Shown: one piece after another, positions 34,146-45,536 of the stretch
Layout of the letters: each line of letters starts with the position of its first letter
How positions within the stretch are numbered: the stretch's first letter is position 1
Source of the DNA: Bugula neritina
Lineage: Eukaryota; Animalia; Bryozoa
Assembly: GCA_964035545.1 (NCBI GenBank)
Contig: OZ037765.1
Span: 3,854,698 to 3,918,697 of the forward strand
Reading direction: 5' to 3'
Length of the DNA: 64,000 nucleotides
The notes under the pieces: generated by a model
Told to the model about the DNA's origin: nothing
Database searches by the model: none
What the model saw: only the letters and a program-made list of their open reading frames with translations
Made by a program: the position numbers and the translations under genes

Positions 34146-35116
34146 TTAATTGTGCAACTCATCAAAGTATGATGAGCCTTTCAAATGGCAGCTTGGAAAA
34201 TATGAGGGTTCCTCTCCATAGCCACTGAAATAAGTGCATCATGACAGATCACAGGAGTGTTCCCTTCCTCCATATACCCAAACATTAGGAAAAGAGGCTA
34301 TCCTTTCATTCAACTGCCTGTTGAAAGTGTTGCTCTGGCGATACTGGGTGCTTCCAGAATACAGCTCCCACAGAGCGCGATAACTATTCCAGCTTCTGTG
34401 GTGACATCTAATATTTGATGTAAAATGTAATGTAACTACAGCTAACTGCATAAGTTTCAGAAAGATGAGACAACCCTAAGCATGTTCCATCGGTATTAAA
34501 AAGATTTATAGGTTTATACCTTATAGGATCATTGCAAGCTTAATTTTACTCCACATCAAAGCTTTTAACCATCATCAATATTTTAAAGTGATGCTCGACT
34601 TTAAGCTGATACGTTGGATGAACAAACGTATTGACTTGAATAAAGTAAAACTCATAAATGGCATGGCTACCTCCAAACAGAAGCAACTACTGCTTTCAGT
34701 AAAATTAGGTTACCACTAATAAACCCTAAAATTGCTTCACCTAGTTGACCTGTGCCTAATTTACTTATAATTATGACATTATCTTGGGCTTAAAAATTCA
34801 AAAACATTCACAAGTAATGATCCCAAGTATAAAACACTAGAACAAAGTTTTTCAATTATCATTTCAGAAAATCAAGTGTCAGAAGTGTTGAGTAATTAAA
34901 ACATTTTATTTGTAAGACTAAATCTAGCAGTTTTAATTTGCAACTATAAAAATCATCAATACAATTTTTGGGGTACTACAAGCATAAACTAAAATAATAA
35001 TACTAAAAGAAACCTACAAGAAAATTTCCATTGAATGGTAGCTCATGACATAAAAATACATTAAACTTACTGTGAGAGCACCAGTATGAAAATTTAGTGA
35101 AACTTTGACACAGTAT

Positions 35117-36412
35117 TTAGATGTAGGAAGAAGGAAGTCGGAAAAATGAGGCACCAGAAGCCTCCTCCCTATTCGCAAAAGAATCGATTTTCAGTCCTTT
35201 GAGATAATCACCTTCTGGTTCTTTGAGTTCTTCAATAAGTAAGTAGTCTAATTTCTTTAGAGGTAATAACTTGGCACGAATCTCAGAAAGCCTAAGTTCA
35301 CGACCCAAAAAGCAGAAGCTTGATAGATCTTGAAGAAACTTGGCAACATTCTCCAGAAAAAAACTAGGGTCGTTCAACCGTATCCGGCCTACAGATAGCA
35401 CTTTCAGCTGCTGCATGCGGCAAGCAATTAGATTTGCATTCTCATCTGTCACACGTGAACAACTGTTCATCACTAGGGCTTGTAAGTTTGAACGGCTTTT
35501 AACAATAGTTCTGATAACTTCATGAAGCAGAGTGCTTGAGCTTCTGGAAATGTCTAGAGCTTTCAAAGAAATAAGAGAAGGCAATGCAGCTATCAAATCA
35601 AAAGACTGGTCTTCAGACATGTTCCATAGTTTTAAGCTGACTAGTGACTTCAGACGCACCAAAGGTGAAAGAGCAATACTACTGTTTATAGATAAATGTT
35701 TGAGATGACTTAGATCCAGCATCTCCAGCATAGAACTTGGTACTGTGCAATCTCTATCCACACACAATCTTTTTAATCTGTTTACAAATCCATTAACTTT
35801 CAGCTGGTTGCAACCTTCATAAGAAATTTGAGTAAAAGCAATTTCGAGGTCATCCACATTATTTAAAGTTTCTGTGACAATACCAATCCTTGAGTTAAAA
35901 GTACCATATTTGTTATTGCAATCTGCGAGTATTAACCGCTTTAAATTTGGCACAGATTTGCAAATTTTTAAAAAACTGTGGCTATCCAACCAACAGGAAG
36001 ACAAATCTAGCTGGATGAGATTGGGAAACTCCTGCGGGAAGCACTCATTAACCAACGCATATTTGAGATTGCAGTAAGCCAGGTTTAATGATTCAACGCT
36101 TCCACTCATCGTCAGCAAAAAATATTTTAAATCTAAAGATTTTTTGCCTGAAAAAGCAGCAACATTGATGTTTACAATCTTCCTCAACATAAAACTGTCT
36201 GCTAATACAGCAGCATTGTAGACACTGTGGTCTCCAAACTTTAAACGTGGTTCTATGCCAGCCCATAAGATAGGATCATAGGCTACCGACTTCCACTTTT
36301 TGCAAACTCTAGCCACCGCAGCTTTACTGGACAAAGGAAGGTATTTGAATACCATCAGCAGGATTTCGTAGGGTAGAGGGAAGGAGTTAATTTTTTTGAA
36401 GCTCGGCATCAT
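35117..36412 (-). CDS. F-box/leucine-rich-repeat protein, divergent FBXL14/Partner-of-paired-like, intronless CDS
   Basis: 431-aa ORF with F-box LPYEILLMVFKYLP...VARVCKKWKSVAYDPILW followed by Cys-containing LRRs (LNLAYC, LDLSSC, LILADC, LVMNSCSRVTD). The WAGIEPRL segment after the F-box resembles FBXL14 WRGVEAKL (recalled, not searched). Confidence 0.88.
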   Translation of the reverse strand: MMPSFKKINSFPLPYEILLMVFKYLPLSSKAAVARVCKKWKSVAYDPILWAGIEPRLKFGDHSVYNAAVLADSFMLRKIVNINVAAFSGKKSLDLKYFLLTMSGSVESLNLAYCNLKYALVNECFPQEFPNLIQLDLSSCWLDSHSFLKICKSVPNLKRLILADCNNKYGTFNSRIGIVTETLNNVDDLEIAFTQISYEGCNQLKVNGFVNRLKRLCVDRDCTVPSSMLEMLDLSHLKHLSINSSIALSPLVRLKSLVSLKLWNMSEDQSFDLIAALPSLISLKALDISRSSSTLLHEVIRTIVKSRSNLQALVMNSCSRVTDENANLIACRMQQLKVLSVGRIRLNDPSFFLENVAKFLQDLSSFCFLGRELRLSEIRAKLLPLKKLDYLLIEELKEPEGDYLKGLKIDSFANREEASGASFFRLPSSYI

Positions 36413-36634
36413 CAGATCTGTGCAGATGTTATTTTCTAAAAGTAATTTGAGAAACTAAACAAACCATTGGAAAAATAAAGGAAGCATCAGGTATTCCACT
36501 GTATGAACATAACTTAGAAACTACATTTCCCTCTGGAATTATGCAATAAAAGTCAGTACCTGAATAATAAAGCTGTTCAAAAAAAGTCTCAAAAATCATT
36601 TAATCAATTGAATTTTATAAGACCTACCTTCAAT

Positions 36635-36752
36635 ACTTATTACAATTTTATATATTATGGAAAGTAAAAAATTTAGCTGAAGAGAAAATAATTACAATAT
36701 TACAATTTTATATATTATAGAAAGTAAAAAATTTAGCTGATGAGAAAATAAT
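36635..36752. repeat. 60-bp direct tandem duplication
   Basis: tattacaattttatatattat.gaaagtaaaaaatttagctga.gagaaaataat occurs twice. Confidence 0.85.
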
Positions 36753-37706
36753 GACTTGTGACAAAGCACAGTTTCTATGTTGAAGCAGAGTTTAGCTAGT
36801 CAAAAAATGGGCAGTTTTACAGTGTTAATGTTTGGCGACACAATTATTTAGATGCACTGGATGTAGCCTGTGTGAGAGGCATACAAATATTTGCTAACTT
36901 ACATGAGCTTTTAAAATGTTCAGTGTATTAAAAAATCAACATGTGAGAAAACTAGCTACAAAAAATAGGGTGAAAAAACAGCTGTAGATTATCATTTTAT
37001 TAATACTTATGTTATATTAAAACCATGATAATTATTAATAAATTATTATTACTATAATAATTAATAATTTTAAAATAAATAATATTATATTAAATCTAAT
37101 AAAAGTTATTATATAAATCTTATAACTAGGGCTAGTGATAGTCCTTAACTTACAGTTATAATCAACTTTATACTTGTAGTTGTAGAACTAAACACTAGAC
37201 ACAGTCACTGACTCTGACAGCATGATTCATTGAATCAGATTGAGCATGAGTATATTCATATTGATAATCATAATGATATAGCATAATTATAACTATAGTT
37301 TATAGGTAAAAGTAATAGTTCTAATACAATCAATATCATGAATCATCACAATGATTATCATTATTGATTAGCATTATGATTATCATTAAGATTATACTTC
37401 TCGATAGCCATAATGATAATCATAATGTAAAACCAAAAGTAAATGTTATAATTAATAATAATTAATATTATTCTTAGTAGTTCATTATTAATTATAATGT
37501 GTTTGGGCACCTATAGTGGCCGCAAAACATTACAGTCAGCACATGAAATAAGTGATATGATGATTGTAAATGCAATTGTTGACGGAGAACAAAAATATCG
37601 ACAGATTGAGATTAACCTTCGCGCCGTGAGTATTGGAAAATGGAAGGTAACACTAGTTTCGCTCTTTATATACTGCACATTAGTCGTAACCAATTAGAAT
37701 GGTTCC

Positions 37707-38022
37707 ATAAGCAGCTCTGAGTTAGGGGTGAAAGACAGTATTAGGTTGAGGGTCTGACATTTAGAGTTTACTCCAATAGTGAAACCCTAAACTACTCCAC
37801 TCATTCACCACCAGCTCGGAGCTGCTTATAACATTTAGAAATACTCGACTAATAAAATATTATGATTGAAAAAATTATTTTACGAGCAGCTCAGGGTTAG
37901 GGGCGACTAGGTGCAGTTAGTTAACATTCTCAAATTTTTATTTGGGGTTTCAACGCTAACCCCGAACTTTAAACATAAGAATCTTATCTATTGCACACAA
38001 TCACCCCTAACTTGAAGCTGTT
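37707..38022. repeat. Two adjacent degenerate palindromic elements (37707-37829 and 37885-38022) related to the 29088 hairpin
   Basis: Termini ataagcagctc...gagctgcttat and agcagctcagggttagggg...cccctaacttgaagctgtt. Confidence 0.6.
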
Positions 38023-39932
38023 TATAAAACATTTTATAGTTTTAATAAAAAAGTATATAGCTTGTGATTTTCACGGGGATAGCGTGAGAGTTGTTGTCAC
38101 CCGATCTCATTCGTCCTTTTACTACTTATTTTCTACATGTTTTAAGAGTTGTCTGTTAATAAAACCGGTAGGGTCTAGAAATATTAATAGAAATATAATA
38201 TTATTATAAATTTCATGTAATGTCACACTTGTTCTTCTGTGAAATGAAATTTTGCTCTAACTAGGAATAATTTTATAGATTTATTACAGAATGAGACTAG
38301 TTGGCCTTTCTGAGCAAACTTGTAATAGTAACCTGCAGTTTTTTTCTAAAGATATTAGCCTCAATTCTCAAGGAATTATGGGTAACTATTATAGCATGTC
38401 TTCAACTCAAGGAGTTTACGGATAAAGCTAGTGCATGCTGTATTCTTATAGCCTTAGAGCCTTTATGTTACTCTCCTTCTATAAACCACTAGTACTAGGA
38501 CCTTCAATGTGGTCCGTCCCCTAAAATATTCATAATTACTTATATTTTTGCTTAGGTACCTTTTAAAATTTACAATTTCTTCATGTATTTTAAAACTAAA
38601 AAAGCTATAGCTATATAGTCTATTTTCGATTCAGATAAATTACATAACGTGTATCCTCCCATCCTTCATTATTATGCAGTTTGTAACATAAATTTAGAAA
38701 AGAGTAGTGTAATTTCCATATATTTTCATGAATGAGCAATTGGATATTTCATGTAAAATAAAAAATAGGTAAAATTACAAGCTTTATTCTTTATGAACTA
38801 TATTAATCTTGCTATAAACTAATACTAATTTTCTGGTAATATTTAGCCAGATAATAATAATTATTATAGCTGTTGTATAAACAACTGTTGAATGATAAAT
38901 CAATACAATATAAATTATTATAAATATATAATGCTGGAGTTTAAGAGCAATGTTACTGAAATACACATTTTAAAGATGAAGACAGAAATAAAGCTCTGAG
39001 TTTCCATCTTTTTATTTATGTCTATCCATAAGCCAACTATAATTTTCTGTTGAAAGAAAATCTTGCCATCAGCATGTTATAGCTCAGTTAAAATTACTGG
39101 TTTTTGTTGGCGAAGAATATGTTTGATTGCCATAAAATATTGCTTTAAATAATGGTACTATAGCAATAAAATAAGTAGAACAAATATATAATTCATTTTG
39201 ATGCAATGGCATAACTTGTCTTGCATATAGTCCTAAGAGAGTGTATGACATGTCACTGTGCATTTCATGTTAATAATATTCTATCATAATCCCAGACGTA
39301 TGTACATGATTGATCATACTCAGTCTAGTAATTTTTTATAACTTAAATATGTGTGCATGCTTGAAATCAACTCTCATGCATACTTATAAATTTGTAATGC
39401 TATGACTCTGTCAACTTCTATCTTCGAAGCTGAAAAGTGTCGTGCATAGGAAACTAAAAGTGTGTCTTCACTCAAATAAATAATTATAATAAAATATAGT
39501 AAAAAAATAATGATATAGAGCTAGCTATGTAAGGGTTATAGTGGTAATACCATATTTAGAGTTTTAGGAACATTACTGTTTTACTCTGGAGGTATTCTGC
39601 TTTTCATGTGCAAGAGTACACACGATATTGACAACTGCCAACTTGGGAATTGAACATCTGAGATAAAGCAGGTGAATATGGCATCTATTATGGCTGATAT
39701 TTTATGCATGTTACGTCTCGAGTGCAACATAACTGTGAACTTTTATGCATGCAGCTAAAATAAAATCCTATACCAATAGACACATTAACTAATTAATTCA
39801 TGCAGTTTATGTAAATATTAGATAGCAATCAATAAGGTAAAAAATAGACTTCAAAGTCTCTCTGAAAGATGCAAGTGGAATTACAGGTATATAAGTTAAG
39901 TGACAGGTTAGTTCTCAATATATCTTACCTGA

Positions 39933-42900
39933 ATGAACATGTTCTCACAACTATTGTTGGTGACTTCTCTATTTGGACACCTGATCTCAATACTACACTG
40001 TCAAGGTTAGACCCTGCTGGCTGATTTATTATGACAACTCAACTAGAATCTTTTAAAAATTAGATAATTAAAATAGAACGAGAGTAAATATGTTAAATAA
40101 ACCTAATATAATTATATAATATAATAATATAATATAATAATATAATATAGTGAATATAATATGTTATATATACTTGTATAACTTTAACAAACACCAGTCT
40201 TCTGAGTCATTCAAGGTTTATAATTTTTAAATATGCTTCTATATTGCATCATTACTAAATTTAAAGTTATTGCTTTTCTGCTATATATTCGAATATATAT
40301 ATTTGCAGTTTGAGTTTGTTGTGTATAAATACAATTTTATTATGAATTTAACCATTAACCGTTGATTCAAATTTTTGTCACAAAAGTTTCATGTGCATGA
40401 CATATTATAATGCTTAAATGATCCTCTCTGTTTACTTATATACATTTCTGATACAGCTATGATTACAGTGACTGGTGGCAGCTTGTAGAATAGTCTTTTT
40501 TATAGCATAAACTAGTTTACTAACATATCTTACTTTAAAGACTGATTCCTACACATTGACACTGATGTGCAATTTCAGTATTCTATCAATACAGACCAAG
40601 TTTACATTCATGCTAACATGTTCAACGTTTTACACAAAGAATGACAGTATAGTTCATTTTTATTTTAATATTATATTTGCTTAACGCTATAGAAATATTA
40701 TACATCATTGCAGATTTTTAGCTGTCAATGTTATATTTAATGTGACATCTAATAATGTAACATTATATTTTATAAGCAACATAAGGCCTCAAACTACTTA
40801 CCTAATGTATTGCAGTATTAACTGCTGCATGCATTAAATGAGATACACTATGATTTGCCATTACTAGTAGTCTGAGGCTGTTTTTTAGATGTCAATGTTA
40901 TATTTATAGATGTCAATGTGACTTACACAGATGAGGTTCATCTCATCAAACATTTACTAGATCGCTATGACAACAGAGCCCGACCTGTCCTCAACTCATC
41001 ACATGCTGTTCAAGTGTTACTTGGGATAACTCCTACTTTAATATCAGATCTGGTACGTGCTTCACAACACTGAAATACAGATAATATAATGCAATTATCA
41101 TAAACAAAATAAAGCAGAATTAATAACTTATCTAATACAAGTACCGATGCATGTTCTCTAACAATAAAGAATGATACATGCAAGTTTTGCAAACTTTCTG
41201 GTCTCACATCTGTTACTATCTCTGTAAAAACTCTTGATAGAAAGGGTGTTTTAATCAAACTGGAGACTTTTCTCTATTCTGGCATAAATTGAATACTCTT
41301 CCTAACATCACCAAAGAGGTCAAACCACTGACCTTGTGTTTACCAGGCCAGCCCGCTAACTACTAGCGTTTTGAAACATGCTTTATAATACATTAGATTA
41401 GATCTTAGCAGCAATATAACATAGAACTCACTGATGGACACCATACATTGTGTTGGGGCATTACATGAGTTTGGAAAGCTTTTCCTAATTCATGATGGCT
41501 TTTCATGTATCATCACAGCTATACCAGCTATATTATACTTTTCCACACTCATTATGACCACTACAAAATAGCTAACTTGGTATAAACCCAGCATTTTCAC
41601 TTATCTTTACACTTGCAACTACACTTATAACTTATGATGTAACAGTTTTCACATTGCTATTTTCTTTCAGTCTGCGACAATAAATATTTCTATATATTAA
41701 AACACAACACACTAAAATTAAGTAATGTAATTATTTTGTTTTCTGTTTCTTCTATCATAAAAATTGTCCTTCTATGCCAGCTGCTAAAAACATTTAAAGC
41801 TACAATCTTTATTAAGGATTAAAACTGTGATTGATTTAAAAAAATTATTATTATTTAACTGAAGTTTGTAAAACTAATTAACATTGAATTTTAATAAAAT
41901 TGCTACTGACTGATTAATTTTTTGGAGTAAACAAAAAATCTGCAAAAAACTTATATAGCAAGTTCTAAATTAGATTGCTTACTAATATTTTAAATATTAT
42001 ATTTTACAAGTTGCAGAAATATAGGAAATAATAGAAATATATTATGCATTGTATCAGTTATGTACAAATGTTAATATTATATACAAATTTCACAAAATTG
42101 ATAATTTATAACTTATTAATTTACAGGATGAAGTGAACCAAATGTTGACTGTACACATGGCTATAGATGAGGTTGGACTAGAATTACATCAAAGATATTA
42201 TGATAGGTTTTTTTTGAATTAGATGTTATTAATTTGTCAATTTTTTTCACTTATTTTTGAACTTTAAGTAGCCTCATGTTTGTGATGTGCTTAAGGTATA
42301 CAGCGCATGCCTATTCTGCATTACAGCTGTATTAATACATCATAAACATGTGGCTACTTTGTTCAAATAATCACGTGACCGTGTGTTCACTTAATCACAT
42401 GATCAAATGCCGAATTCCAGAGTTGAAGGAAAATTTTAATCCATAGACAACTACAAGTTTTTAGAACTGCAGAACTCATCGGTTAGTTTGCTACTTGCAG
42501 CTTGTATGTCATGCCATGATGAACAGGTTACATATGGCTTCTCCATGGTGAACCATAAAATAAATAGTTCAGTTTCACAATTCTGATAAATAGAATAAAT
42601 AACTAAATTTTATACAACTAAATAGGGGTATTTTCTGCACTTGTAGGTTTGGGTAGATGAAAGACTTACATGGGATCTTTTGACCTACAACAACTTGACG
42701 AATATTATTATTCCACCAAATACCATTTGGGTGCCAGACGTTATTTTGTACAACAAGTAAGATTATTAATTATAGTAGACAGATGCTAGATTAATGTGAC
42801 TTTTCTTTTATATTATAGAATGTTTATAATTATGTTTTAGTTTTTAATAAATAAATAATTATATTTATAATTTAATTAATAGTTATAAAAAGTGTTGATA

Positions 42901-44497
42901 GAATATGCACATATAACTATTACTATGACATGTAGTGAATCATGGAAATATTTCAGCGTTGATGGTTATGAAGAATCTTTCAAATCTAAGGCATTGGTCA
43001 ACTACAAAGGAGAAGTTTTATGGGGGCCTCCGAGCAGATATCAAGCTTCTTGTAAGATAGATGTCAAGTATTTTCCTTTTGATGTTCAGAAATGCACTTT
43101 GAAGTTTGGTTCGTGGATGCATGATGAGACGCAGCTAAATTTGTCAGTCTTGGCAAATAAAGTGTGTTTGGATCTCTACATGCCCAATGGAGAATGGCAT
43201 CTCAATGGTGTTGTTGTCAATAGGTGATGTTGATAATTTATTTTTCAAAAAAGCATTTTGTCGAATATTATGTTGAATTATTTCTAACGAACTTATAAGT
43301 CATAGCTTAACTGTATATTCGCATTTGAAACTTTATGGGTACAAGCTTAAGCAGTATTAATTAAAGACGTCTAATTACCATAAAATTCATATTCAGAGAT
43401 AAATTTTCTTTTTTTGTTTCAAAGTTGACACGACATCAATGCGTAATAAATGTTTGTGTTTTGTTGCAGGACCGTTTCGGTGTTCAACCACACAATACGG
43501 TACCCTATGATTACCTACACCTTTGTGGTACAGAGAAGGGTGCTGTACTATATGTTGAATATTGTCTTCCCATGTCTATGGCTGTCTATGCTTAGTACAC
43601 TAACCTTCTGCTTACCTGCGGACAGTGGAGAGAAGATAACTCTAGGAGTGTCCGTCCTACTGGCATTTACTGTATTTCTACTGCTCATAGCTGAAAATAT
43701 GCCTAATACTTCAGAGTCTGTACCTCTACTTGGTTTGTACTATTAAAGAATTGTAAAATATTAAAACTATAAAATACAGTTTTTTACAGTTTATTTACAC
43801 TGAATTTCACAACGTGTTGTCATGTTTGTGAAATGCAATAAATAAATAAATCAATCAATCAATCAATCAATTTGAAAGTCATACAATAAGCTCATATTCA
43901 ATAAATTAAGTTTTTTGATGGACTTTTGTAGATATATATTTGATTGTCACCACCTCCCTTAATTCTATTGCCATAGTACTAACCATACTGGTTTTGAAGA
44001 TGTACCATGCTAGGCCTTGTAAGGGTGAAATAAACCCAAGGATAAAGCACTTTATGTTCAAGCAGTTGGCAAGATATTTAGGAGCTGCCGATATTGTACA
44101 GAGTTATATGAATCGAGAAGCACCTGCAGAGATCTGTCAATCTGACATAGACTCAGGTCTCAGCTGCTCAGTAAATTCCCCAAATCTACATCAAGAAAAT
44201 GAATACACAATTTCCCCTTCTACAAATAAGCTACATGGAAACAATCAGGTTGAGGAAAGTATTTCCAGTCAAAGTCAAGACGTGAGCACTGCGTTGATAA
44301 CTGAGTTGCAGCAACTGATGAGATTTTGTCACCAGAAGAGAAAAAGAAACAGCGTCGCTGAAGAGTGGAAACTTCTAGCAATTCTTCTAGATAGGCTGTT
44401 CTTTGTGATATACGCAACTTTTACGAGTCTCATCACCTTAGCCATTCTCGTACTGGTACCTTTGAAAGGAGAATGGTTCAACAAATACATGAATTAA
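39933..44497 (+). CDS. nAChR non-alpha subunit E (no vicinal Cys, loop-D Trp lost)
   Basis: Exons 39933-40005 (signal [23 protein letters not shown]), 40910-41052, 42127-42171 ([15 protein letters not shown]), 42647-42756, 42957-43223, 43470-43732 (loop [13 protein letters not shown]), 43932-44497. Confidence 0.92.
41205..41366 (-). mobile_element. Diverged copy of the same tRNA-derived SINE (intron 2 of gene E)
   Basis: tgatagaaaggg, tcctaacatcaccaa and gtgtttac motifs occur in the same order as in 25061-25258. Confidence 0.55.
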
Positions 44498-45536
44498 GGG
44501 TTTATATTTATAAGCACACACTAAAAATTGAAAGCAAATTATGAATAATGTCATAATATTTCAGCTTTGATTTTATGAGCTATATTTACAGCCACAAAAT
44601 ATTTTGGTCAATTATAAGTATTCATTTTTTCGTATTACTTTTTTTTTATTTATGATTTATCAAAATAATTTTAACTGAGTTGGATTAAGTCATAATTGAA
44701 AAACTAGATTGATGAATTTTCTATGGCATTTTTAAAAACTGCTTGTATATGTTGTTTACAAATATAATATCAGTGTGATATTTGTAATCTAGAATTGTTT
44801 AGTTCAATATGACCTCACAAAGCTTTGATGTATTTTTCTCTTCTTCTTACTTTAATAGTGAACGTCTTGAAAAAGCTATGATTACAAATATCAATGGGTT
44901 AATTCAAATATGAGCTGTATAACATGCTAAATTGTTATAAGTTATAGTTCATGCAATACAGGTATATGTTACTTAAGTAAACGTTGTTTATTAAAAACTG
45001 CTTTTGGTATATTAATTATATTTGATTTATCCAGGTGTTACTTTTGCCGTACTGCTTTCAAGATTTATAGGTCTGGATTTAAATGAATACTTTAACATAA
45101 ATCTAGTAGAAATCAATAATGAGTAATGTTTATTATAATATTATATCATAATATGTTCTTTACATAGGTAGGAATGTTGTGGCTGTCAAACTAAAGAGAT
45201 ATTAAATTTCTTTTAAAAATAGTTACAAATATATATATATCCATCTGCAATTTTTAGTATAGCTTCTTTTGTGTAATTTTTCGCCAATATGTGTGTGCTA
45301 CTTAAAATGTTTGAAGTAATAAAAAATCTGTAAAACCAATTATATTTGGCAAACCACACAATATTATTATGCTGTATTACAACTAGAAGCTAAAATTTCA
45401 CTTTTATTTTTAAATCAATATTACTCTCTCTATTTAGATAAATCAAAAATATAGTATCTCAGGTTGAATTTACTTCAAAAATATATTATAGTTATATACG
45501 TTTCCCAGGTTAATGAAGAATTATGTTGAGTATAGA

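Noticed and set aside
34239-34451. Moderately GC-rich 70-aa ORF, and the 86-aa ORF at 33326-33586
   Set aside because: No recognisable domain or convincing splice partners in the frames I read; cannot be supported as exons without transcript data.
43450-43470. Apparent vicinal CC before loop C of gene E in the ORF track (MFVFCCRTV)
   Set aside because: TGTTGC is part of the intron acceptor (ttgttgcag); the spliced protein has no CC.
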